Source of the DNA: Spirochaetia bacterium
Lineage (GTDB): Bacteria > Spirochaetota > Spirochaetia > UBA9216
Reading direction: 5' to 3'
NCBI GenBank assembly: GCA_965140585.1
Contig: OZ223269.1
Location: 1,120,001-1,184,000, forward strand
DNA length: 64,000 bases
In this document: in pieces, positions 39,302 to 48,500 of the stretch
Position numbering within the stretch: position 1 is the first letter of the stretch
Layout of the letters: the number at the start of each line of letters is the position of its first letter
Notes under the pieces: model-generated
What the model was told of the DNA's origin: nothing
Databases searched by the model: none
Seen by the model: only the letters and a program-made list of their open reading frames with translations
Program-made: the position numbers and the translations under genes

Positions 39302-39904
39302 TTACTGATTGATTTCGATTCTGTCTACAAGACTTTTTAAAATGATTTCGTTCAGCACTTTTTTGACATCACGATAATCCATAAGTTCACCGCTGGCAAG
39401 CGAGATCCTGATTGCGTTGGCTATACCTGTTGCAACTATGGTTACGAATACAAAGAACTCCCTGTGATTTAGTTTAAGCATTCCATAGATACTTTCGGCA
39501 TCTCCCTGATGAAATCTTTCTGCGATTATTCCAGCCATCCGCTGATAAAAATTCTGAAGTTTATTCTGAAAACTAAGCTCATTGAAGATAACAGTAACGA
39601 TTTTGTTGTGATTTTTGATAAGCTGCATAATATTTTCAGTAAAACGCAGGGCTTTTTCCTGATTACTCATCTCTATATCAATATCCTGAAAGAGCTCTAT
39701 CCGCAGTATTTCAATACCGCCATCGAGGAGGGCATCGAATATTTCTTCCTTATTGGCAAAGTAAAGATAAATTGTTCCGACAGACAGACCCGATTCCGCA
39801 ACAATATCCTGGATGGATGTGGCATGAAATCCTTTTCTTGCAAAAAGTTCAGTTGCCGTCTTTATTATTATTTCTTTCTTTTTTTCATCTCTCTGTCTTG
39901 CCAT
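39302..39904 (-). CDS. TetR/AcrR family transcriptional regulator
   Basis: HTH motif ATELFARKGFHATSIQDIVAESGLSVGTIYLYFANKEEI. Confidence 0.95.
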   Translation of the reverse strand: MARQRDEKKKEIIIKTATELFARKGFHATSIQDIVAESGLSVGTIYLYFANKEEIFDALLDGGIEILRIELFQDIDIEMSNQEKALRFTENIMQLIKNHNKIVTVIFNELSFQNKLQNFYQRMAGIIAERFHQGDAESIYGMLKLNHREFFVFVTIVATGIANAIRISLASGELMDYRDVKKVLNEIILKSLVDRIEINQ

Positions 39905-39973
39905 AAAATTAGTATCACAAATATATTGAAAAAAATCAATAAAATTCTTATATTAAAAGAATGAATATTCTTT
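39905..39973. promoter_or_regulatory. Overlapping divergent promoters (tetR / MFP-RND) plus a second operator copy
   Basis: Plus strand: TTGAAA(39926)-17-TATATT-6-ATG. Minus strand: TTGATT-17-GATACT-6-ATG. Operator AAAGAATGaaTATTCTTT at 39956-39973. Confidence 0.7.
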
Positions 39974-41022
39974 CTAAAAAGAAATTTGCTGTAATTATCA
40001 CCATCGCTGTACTTATAGCGGTTGTAGTTCTACTTTCTGCTGTCACCGTATTTGCCAGAAAGGAAATTCCCCAGGATTCCGAAGCTCCCGCTGGAACCCC
40101 GGTAAAAACAATCAAGCCGCAGCTAGGGTCTCTGGAAAAAGAGCTTAAACTTACCGGTTACGTAGAATCAAATGAAATCGTAACAGTTCTTCCTTTTGTT
40201 TCAGGAACGCTTGAAAGCCTTACCAAGAAAGCGGGGGATGCGGTTGAAAAAGGTGAGGTCATAGCAGAGATTGATTCAAAATCCTATGACCTTCAGCTAA
40301 AGCAGGCCGAGGCAGCATATTTTGGAATACAGTCTTCCTACGAAAGAATAGAACAGATGTATAATTCAGGTGCTGCAACCAGACAGAATTATGATCAAAC
40401 TAAATCCCAGTATGATGCATATAAATCCCAGTACGAACTTGCACAGCTCCAGGTAAGCTACACGCATATCGAAGCACCCATCAGCGGTACAGTTCTGAAA
40501 GTACATACAACTGAGGGAGCAATGGCAGCTCCCGAAATTCCGGTTTTGACAATTGGAAATCTTAAAAACCTCATAGTAAAATTGAGGGTGCCTGAGAAGT
40601 ATTATGAACTTTTTTCTAAAAATCCTGATATGAAGGTTACTGTCTCCAAGGACGGCCTGACAGCTTTTCATGCAGCAGAGATCCACGAAATATCACCTAT
40701 GATAAATGCTCAGACAAGAAACTTCGATATTGTTGCAGGAATAAGTGATAAGGATGCGAAGCTCCGTCCGGGAATGTTCGTCTATTGTATATTTGAAACC
40801 GACAGGCAGGAAGACCTGTGGTATCTTCCGCATTCCGTCTACGGTCCGGGTAATTCACTCTGGATAGTAAATCATACTGATGAAACTGCAGAAAAAATCA
40901 GTTTTGATGAGATTTATTCCAATAACCGTTTTTTTGCTATTCCGGAAAAATATTCAAACAGTGACTTTATTATCGAAGGACAGAGCTTTTTGGTTGAAGG
41001 CAGTCCGGTAAGTATCCGATAG
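39961..41022 (+). CDS. RND efflux periplasmic adaptor (membrane fusion protein)
   Basis: N-terminal TM anchor, lipoyl motifs (GDAVEKGEVIAEID; IEAPISGTV), alpha-hairpin, and LRPGMF. Confidence 0.92.
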   Translation: MNILSKKKFAVIITIAVLIAVVVLLSAVTVFARKEIPQDSEAPAGTPVKTIKPQLGSLEKELKLTGYVESNEIVTVLPFVSGTLESLTKKAGDAVEKGEVIAEIDSKSYDLQLKQAEAAYFGIQSSYERIEQMYNSGAATRQNYDQTKSQYDAYKSQYELAQLQVSYTHIEAPISGTVLKVHTTEGAMAAPEIPVLTIGNLKNLIVKLRVPEKYYELFSKNPDMKVTVSKDGLTAFHAAEIHEISPMINAQTRNFDIVAGISDKDAKLRPGMFVYCIFETDRQEDLWYLPHSVYGPGNSLWIVNHTDETAEKISFDEIYSNNRFFAIPEKYSNSDFIIEGQSFLVEGSPVSIR

Positions 41023-41031
41023 GGGCTGCGG

Positions 41032-44000
41032 ATGAAACTTGCAGATTATTCGATTAAACATCCCGCAGTTATTACTATAATACTGATTGCAGTAGTCTTC
41101 TTCGGTTTCTTTGCGCTGCAGGGTTCCAATCAGGAAGCCTTTCCGGCAATAGGGATGCCAGGAGCTTCCGTGGTAACTATATACCCCGGTGTCGATGCTA
41201 AGAGTGTCGAACGCGATGTCACAGCTCCTCTGGAAGACTCTTTAATAAGCCTTTCGGGACTCTCAAATCTGACCTCGTCATCGAGTGACTCAGTGTCATC
41301 AGTCGTAATAGAATTCGATGAAAATGTAGACGCCTACGCTAAACTGCCGGAGATAAGAGAGCTTGTTAACGCTGCTATGGATGAACTGCCGGAAGGGATA
41401 TCCGGCGATCCTGTTATTATAGTTCATGATATGGCTGCAATTCTTCCAATCTATTCCGTAATGGTCAAAAGCAGGCTGGAGCCGGAAGTTCTTACGGACT
41501 TTATAGAAAATGAGTTCAGTCCCCAGATTACCAGAATAGACGGTGTTTCAAACATTCAGATAAAAGGCGGAGTACAGAAGCAGCTTGAGATAAAACTGCA
41601 TATAAATGAACTTGAGCCCCGCGGACTTTCAGTCCTCGATATCTACCAGCTTCTTCAGTATTCAAACATTTCTTTTCCCGCTGGTGAGATCAGTTACAAG
41701 GATGAGGCGCTGAATCTCCGTACATCGGGTGAATTTTCAAACATAGACGAGATACAGAACCTCGTGGTAGGTCATGTTGATGATTCTTATGTATACCTCA
41801 AGGATATTGCGGATATCGAAATAAATTTTGCTGAACCGGATTTTTATATCCGCTCCGACAGTCAGGCTGTTATGGCTATCGATGTTATGAAACGCCAGGA
41901 AGGCAATACCCTGGATATTGTAGACAGTCTAAAGCGTATTGAGGCGGAAACTGAAGAAAAATACTCTGGCCTGATTGAGTTCTATACAATAGCCGATGAA
42001 AAGGTGACCACCGAGCTTACAATTAATACAGTACTCAAATCAGCCTTTACCGGAATAGCACTTGCCATCCTTATTATCTATATCTTTCTGCATAATATCC
42101 GCAGTACCATTATCATCGGACTTTCAATTCCACTTTCTATGCTGATCACTGTAATAGGAATGTACCTGACCGGAACAACAATGAACATGCTCAGTCTGTC
42201 CGGCCTTACAGTAGCGATTGGTATGATCGTGGACAGTTCCATCGTTGTTCTTGAAAACACCAATCGCCACTTTGCAGACTCAGGCGATCCGGCCGGTTCA
42301 GCCTCGATCGGAGCCGGAGAAGTGGGGGGAGCAGTACTGGCATCGGCAACCACATCAATCTGCGTATTTCTGCCGATGATCTTTCTATCCGGCTTGATTG
42401 GCATAATCATGAAAGGATTATCCCTTACGATCGTTATTGCACTGGGAGCGTCGGCTCTGGTTTCTGTTATAGTAGTTCCATACCTGTCGGCACAGTTTCT
42501 TAAAGAGGACAAACCGAGATTTAAGTCAACAGTACTGTTCCACAGATTAATCGACGGAGCTCTGGATAAGCTCACTTCCGGATACAAAAAAATACTTGCG
42601 GGGGCTATAAAACGGCCGCTGAGAGTACTTATAGTTGCCGTAGTGGTGCTTGTGCTGACGGTAATGCTTATATCATTTATGGGAATAAGTTTTATACCTC
42701 CGTCCGATACCGGTGAGTTTGAAATACATATCAATACTCCTGAATCATACAGCCTGCTGCAGACAAGAGACAAAATTGATGAAATAGACAGGCTTGTTAC
42801 TGAACTTACGCCCGAGATTGAAACTTCCATTTACTACGTCGGTGCTTCAAGCACACTCAGTTCCGCATCAAAGAAAAATGTTGCTATTGGAAGAATAAGG
42901 CTCATCGGAAATCAGCACCGGGACAGAACCGTTCACGAAATAGTAGACTCACTTCAGACCGCCCTGAATAATGAAATCACTGATATCGATGTTATTGTTG
43001 TAAACGGAGGTTTCGATTCACTTCTGGGTATGGCAACCGGCGGTCAGGGTTTTAAAGTCAGGCTTTACGGAAACAGCCTCGATCAGGTTATGAAGTCTGC
43101 TGAAATAGTTGACGGGCAGCTGGACAGAGACCCGGAAGTTTTTAAAACGACCATGAGTATGAACTACGGAAAGGAGCAGCTTGTATCCAACCTTATCCTT
43201 GATTATCTGGGTTCAACCGGAATCACGCCATATGAAGCAGCCATTACATCAAGAATTTTATTTAACGGCATGGAAACCGGTAAATACCGGACCGATGAAG
43301 GGAATATTCCAATCCTGCTGTCTTCCGGGGTTGCCGGGTCTGATATCGATGAAAACACTATAAATATGATTACTCTCAAAACACCTTCAGGAGATCCGAT
43401 TGCACTCTCAAGTCTCACTGAGATCGACAGAGAGCCGGCAGTATCCTCAATTGCCAAGGAGAACAGGAATATATCCATCACTATCACAGGATACCTCACA
43501 ACCCAGGATCAGATGGGTGTAACCGGAAGAATGTCAGAGTACATGAACAATGTTGAGCTTCCCTACGGAGTTTCATGGGAAATTGCCGGAACCTCAAGTC
43601 TTATCGGCTCCTCATTCAAATCACTTTTCATGATACTCGGTATCGCTGTCTTTCTTGTCTACATGGTAATGGTTATTCAGTTCGAAAGATTCGTTCAGCC
43701 GTTTATAATAATGATTTCAATTCCATTCACTCTTATTGGTGTGGTTATAGGTCTCATAGCCTTCGGATCTACGATATCCATCATTCCGATGCTGGGTATG
43801 ATATCACTGGCCGGAATGGTTGTTAACAACGGTATTGTAATGATTGACTACCTTAACCTGCTTAGAAAAAAAGGCACTGAACTCGAAGAAGCGGTTCTCG
43901 AAGGCTGTTCATCAAGGTTGAAGCCTATACTTATGACTACGCTGACCACTTTTTTCGGTGTTCTTCCGATGGCCTTCGCCTTTGGGAACGGCTCAGAGGT

Positions 44001-44151
44001 TTATGCTCCGCTTGGTCAGGCTATAGCAGGAGGACTGATAACATCAACGATTCTTACATTGATTCTGGTTCCGGTAATTTATACCCTGATTGAGAAAAGA
44101 CACATTAGACGTGATGGTTACGACAGGACACTATCCAGCGAATCGGTATGA
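41032..44151 (+). CDS. RND efflux permease (AcrB/AcrD/AcrF family)
   Basis: 1039 aa with motifs YPG..VE..VT.PLE, SIPLS, AIGMIVDSSIVVLEN and RLKPILMTT. Confidence 0.95.
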   Translation: MKLADYSIKHPAVITIILIAVVFFGFFALQGSNQEAFPAIGMPGASVVTIYPGVDAKSVERDVTAPLEDSLISLSGLSNLTSSSSDSVSSVVIEFDENVDAYAKLPEIRELVNAAMDELPEGISGDPVIIVHDMAAILPIYSVMVKSRLEPEVLTDFIENEFSPQITRIDGVSNIQIKGGVQKQLEIKLHINELEPRGLSVLDIYQLLQYSNISFPAGEISYKDEALNLRTSGEFSNIDEIQNLVVGHVDDSYVYLKDIADIEINFAEPDFYIRSDSQAVMAIDVMKRQEGNTLDIVDSLKRIEAETEEKYSGLIEFYTIADEKVTTELTINTVLKSAFTGIALAILIIYIFLHNIRSTIIIGLSIPLSMLITVIGMYLTGTTMNMLSLSGLTVAIGMIVDSSIVVLENTNRHFADSGDPAGSASIGAGEVGGAVLASATTSICVFLPMIFLSGLIGIIMKGLSLTIVIALGASALVSVIVVPYLSAQFLKEDKPRFKSTVLFHRLIDGALDKLTSGYKKILAGAIKRPLRVLIVAVVVLVLTVMLISFMGISFIPPSDTGEFEIHINTPESYSLLQTRDKIDEIDRLVTELTPEIETSIYYVGASSTLSSASKKNVAIGRIRLIGNQHRDRTVHEIVDSLQTALNNEITDIDVIVVNGGFDSLLGMATGGQGFKVRLYGNSLDQVMKSAEIVDGQLDRDPEVFKTTMSMNYGKEQLVSNLILDYLGSTGITPYEAAITSRILFNGMETGKYRTDEGNIPILLSSGVAGSDIDENTINMITLKTPSGDPIALSSLTEIDREPAVSSIAKENRNISITITGYLTTQDQMGVTGRMSEYMNNVELPYGVSWEIAGTSSLIGSSFKSLFMILGIAVFLVYMVMVIQFERFVQPFIIMISIPFTLIGVVIGLIAFGSTISIIPMLGMISLAGMVVNNGIVMIDYLNLLRKKGTELEEAVLEGCSSRLKPILMTTLTTFFGVLPMAFAFGNGSEVYAPLGQAIAGGLITSTILTLILVPVIYTLIEKRHIRRDGYDRTLSSESV

Positions 44152-44156
44152 GATTT

Positions 44157-44191
44157 AAACAACTATAAATCTGAATGATTTATAGTTGTTT
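44157..44191. terminator. Bidirectional hairpin between convergent genes
   Basis: Perfect 15-bp stem AAACAACTATAAATC / GATTTATAGTTGTTT with a 5-nt loop. Confidence 0.7.
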
Positions 44192-44803
44192 TCAGTAAGT
44201 ATCAGGGTTCATATTCTCGAAGGCTTCCCGAACTTCGTACAAACGCTTCAGATCGAGTTCTATAAATTCCTTATAATCAATCTCGCCCTCATCAATTTTA
44301 ATCCGTTCATCTTCCCAGTATTCCATGCCCTCTATGTATATGTATGGCATGGCGTCAATCTCTGCTTTCATCTCAAGTACCTTATCCCAGTAATAGAGGG
44401 CGTTCTTATAGTACTTTTCAGCCATCTGCAGACTCTTGAGGTTTTCCTGTTTCCATGGATAGTTATAAAAGTATGCGTCGAATTTATCGTATTTAACGCC
44501 CAGAAGCCGCCACTGCTCTATGAGTTTCAGATATATATGCATAGTAAACATAAATCTGTAGCGCTCCCATTCCTTCTCGGTTTTGATAGTGGCCAGAGCA
44601 TTCAGCGGATTAACAAAGGGTCTCTTTAAGGCATTTTCCAGGTAGTATATATTTTCAGCGCTGTCTTCCGGATACTGGATATAGTGACTGTGATATAGCT
44701 TATAAAACTGTTCTGCATAAAGAATCTTATAGCCAAAAGTACTCTGAACTGTAAACAGAGCAAAAAAGAGAATAATTACTGCAGGTTTAAATAAATGCCT
44801 CAC
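44192..44803 (-). CDS. Hypothetical exported helical protein
   Basis: Signal peptide and an aromatic-rich helical body. Lies 7 bp downstream of tmk on the same strand. Confidence 0.7.
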   Translation of the reverse strand: MRHLFKPAVIILFFALFTVQSTFGYKILYAEQFYKLYHSHYIQYPEDSAENIYYLENALKRPFVNPLNALATIKTEKEWERYRFMFTMHIYLKLIEQWRLLGVKYDKFDAYFYNYPWKQENLKSLQMAEKYYKNALYYWDKVLEMKAEIDAMPYIYIEGMEYWEDERIKIDEGEIDYKEFIELDLKRLYEVREAFENMNPDTY

Positions 44804-44810
44804 ATGAAGC

Positions 44811-45431
44811 TTATCGGCTTATAGCCGCAATTATTTCAGAACATATTTCATCAGGTTTCTTTGTGCCGTCAATCCTCAGCAGTTTCATACCGGTATTCGC
44901 ATAAAGGCTGAACGCTCTGTTGTAATTTTCAATAATCCGGTTCTGTATAGAGAGGGCATCAAACAGCTCAATTTTATCACGCTTGTGCATTCTCTGACTG
45001 CATACTTCCGCCGAAAGGTCGAGAAAAATTGTGTATTCAGGTATCGGGTATGGATTGAGATCATGAACAAGATCAAAATCACAGCCAAGGCTCTGGTAAG
45101 CAAGCGAAGAGAACAGATATCTGTCGGTGAGAACAGTACTACCGTCTTCAAGCATTTTAAGAATTCCGGAATCCGGGTTATACAGATGCTCATACCTGTC
45201 TGCGGAAAAGAGTCTTGCCAGGGTTTCGGGTTCTGCTTTTATCTCTTTAAGCAGAATCTGTCGTATCAGTTTACCTGAAGGCATCGGTGTAGGTTCACAA
45301 GTTGAATACAGTGCTTTATCATTGTCCGCAAACCATTTTTTCAGCATATTAAGCTGTGTTGTGGTTCCGCTGCCGTCAAGGCCCTCAAGGGCAATAAAAT
45401 TTTGTAAAACTTCAGGTTTCTCTCTCATCAC
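44811..45431 (-). CDS. tmk: Thymidylate kinase
   Basis: Motifs FIALEGLDGSGTTTQ, CEPT and DRYLFSSLAYQ. Confidence 0.93.
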   Translation of the reverse strand: MMREKPEVLQNFIALEGLDGSGTTTQLNMLKKWFADNDKALYSTCEPTPMPSGKLIRQILLKEIKAEPETLARLFSADRYEHLYNPDSGILKMLEDGSTVLTDRYLFSSLAYQSLGCDFDLVHDLNPYPIPEYTIFLDLSAEVCSQRMHKRDKIELFDALSIQNRIIENYNRAFSLYANTGMKLLRIDGTKKPDEICSEIIAAISR

Positions 45432-45574
45432 ACACCGATAATAGAATATTGGGTCTTTTTTGACAATCTTATATTGATGATTTCAAAAGTCGAAAACTTT
45501 TAAACGAAGTTCTATACACTTATTAGTAAATTTGGTGTAAATTCACTAATTGAAAAGATGAAGAGGTACCTGTT

Positions 45575-48500
45575 CTGAAACCTTCTGCAAAAAGGTCAAA
45601 AACAATTCAAATATTATCTATAATCTCAGTATGTGCGGTTCTGCTGCCGCTTGTTATGTTTCCGGTTCAGAGGAAATTTGTAACATATCTCGAGGATGTG
45701 AAACTGAGGTTTATCAATACTCTTGAACTGAGACTGAACCGTAATATTGCATATGAAAGCATCTCGCCTTCAATCTTCCGGGCTTTTGAAATTCAGGGAT
45801 TTAAAATATTCGCTGAAGATAATTCAGATGAAGTACTCCTTGAAATAGGCCGGCTGAGGCTTGATTTCAGCCTGCTTAAGCTTCTGCAGAATAATCCTCT
45901 CGGTGCGTTCAGGGGATTGACCATAATCAACTCAAAACTCAGCTTTGATACAGCTGAAGATGCCGAGCTGCTCGATCTATTTAAATCAGCAGACTCATCC
46001 CGGGAGAGGGGAATGCAAACTTCCGGCACTTTCGATCTTCCGGACAGCTTTTATCTCAGGGGAAAAAACCTCAATTTAAACCTCAAGTCCCCGGATTATT
46101 CGGGCAGTTTCAGTAAACTGTATTTTACCCTTAAAAATTCATCATCTGATGATTTTGCTCTTACAGCACGCTCTGAAGCCTCTCTGTTTTTCTATGAAAC
46201 ACCTCTGCCTACCGATGATAACTCAATCTCGGTTGACACCTCACTAAATGCATCCGGAAGGATAGATCGAAATCTCAACTGGGTGGAGCTTGTATTAAAA
46301 AGCCGGAATCTTGATTCCGATCTTATATCTGCTGAACGTTTAAGTGTCAATTTCAGATTCACCGCACCCGGAGTCTATCAGCTTACTAAAATCGGGGACA
46401 AAACACCTGCGGATATTAATCTCAAACTTGATACGGAAACACACAGTGTTCGTTTGGAACTGGATGCTGATGATTTTATTTTCAGCGAATATTTCAGCCC
46501 TGGCAGACACACCAGGCAGTACACTGATTTTCTTGGACTTTCAGTTACCGGAAATGCTGCACTTGACTACGATTACGCTGAAAGAAAACTCGAATATCAT
46601 GGAGCATTGGCAGTAGATACATATCCCGATTTTATTATTCCGGACTCTCACATTGAAGCATCGTTTTCCGGAAATAATATGGAACTTAATATTGCTGATT
46701 CCCGCTTTGAAAATGATACCCTTGCCGGAGGCTTCAATGGAAGGATAGGTTTCACTGATGGGCTGCCTGAAATAAACGGGAATGCGGCTGTCGAAAATTT
46801 GATAATTAACAATGCAGAAATCTCGACTGAGATCAGCATAGTCACAGATAATATCGGAAAATACACTGTAAATTCCGACAGCCTTAGTGCCGGAAACCTC
46901 AAGCTGCGTAAACTCAAGCTGAGTATTCTTCCTTATCAGGATAATTTCGACTTTCTTCTCGAGGCTGAACCGGAATCTGATGATGGCATAAATGAATCGC
47001 TTTATATCGAAGGTGTATATCAGTCCGGTAAGGATCAGTATCTTCAGACGGTTGTGTCTACTGACAATCTCAGTATCAGGCCCTTAATGTCGCTTATCCC
47101 TCCCGGTATTAGCCTTCCTGTCGATCTGCTTGATTTCAGGCTGAGTTCCGAACTTTTCTTTTCAGGAGATCTCAAGCAGATGGCCTTCGCCGCATCAGAA
47201 TTTCTTCTCACCAGCCGTACCGCGCCGGAAAACAAAATCGAACTTCAGCTTTCCGGAAATAATCGGCGTATCAGCCTGACAAACCTTAATATAATCTGGA
47301 ATCAGAATATTATCAGCGGACAGGTATCTGCAGAAATAGACAGTGATAAGACCATCATGCTGAATACTGGCCTGAGTCTGAATGATCTGAAATATGATAT
47401 CGGAGGGGTATACAGTATATCAAGCGGAGCTTTAAGCCTTACCGGTTCTCACGGCTTTCAGCTGAGTCTGCTTGAACTTCCGCTTACAGGATATACCTTT
47501 CAGCTAAAGACCCGGGAGCTGCCTTTTTATATAGGAAAAGACAGGCCTTCAGGAATAAGCGCAGATATTTCAGGATATTATGATTCACCTGAAAACTGGA
47601 AAATCTTTTTAAATAAAACCTCTATATCATCACTGCCTTTATCAGGATATACAGGAAACCTGCTGCTCAGTGCGGTTATAGGAAACGATGGCGGCCAGCT
47701 GAGCAGCCTTAAATACAGTGATTCATATTCGGAGCTTAATGGCAGCGGATTTGTCAGAATTACCGACTTAAACGATGGACTCAGCGGAAGTGCATATCTC
47801 CAGCTGGCTGACCGTCGATCGGATGAGAACTACTCTCTATTATTTGACATGCTTAAGGGTGAAGCAGGCGGAACTCTTGATATAAACAATTTCAAGCTTG
47901 AAAGACTGTCGGGATTCCTTCCTGTGGAGGGAGACATATCTGGTACAGCGGTAATTTCAGGCAGCCTTGCAAGTCCGGAACTCAGTCTCGAACTGACCAC
48001 AGGAGATGCAGAGTTCACCGGACGCCCCCTGGATCTTAATACTTCGCTTCAGTACAAGGACCTTGTTTTTGAAGCAGGCCTTATAGATCTCACCGCAGGA
48101 AGCGTATCTCTTAAACAAGGCAGAGGACTGCTTGATTTCAGTACCGGAAGGCATCAGCTGACAGGGAATCTGACTGCAGAACTGGCTCCGCTTTCACTTG
48201 GGACTCAGATCAGCATTACAGGAAAATCAGTCCCTATAGAGAATATTGGCGATATTGCTTCAATCATCAAAAACGACATGAATTTGCAACTTAACCTCGA
48301 AGAACTTCTCTATAATAAACTGCCCAGAGATGACCTGTATTTTACAATAGTTCATTCAGAGGGAACCTCCATCCTGACAGGAGGGCCTGAAAACTCTGTA
48401 TCAGGCCGTTATAATGACGACGGAACATTCACTATTAATATTGCCGACCCGGTTCCTCTGACATTCGTAGCCAAAGGCTCCATGAACCGAGGAAATATTG

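Noticed and set aside
42078-42830. 250-aa antisense ORF inside the RND gene, and similar short shadow ORFs throughout the window
   Set aside because: They lie opposite well-supported genes and have no recognisable motifs; codon bias on the coding strand explains them.
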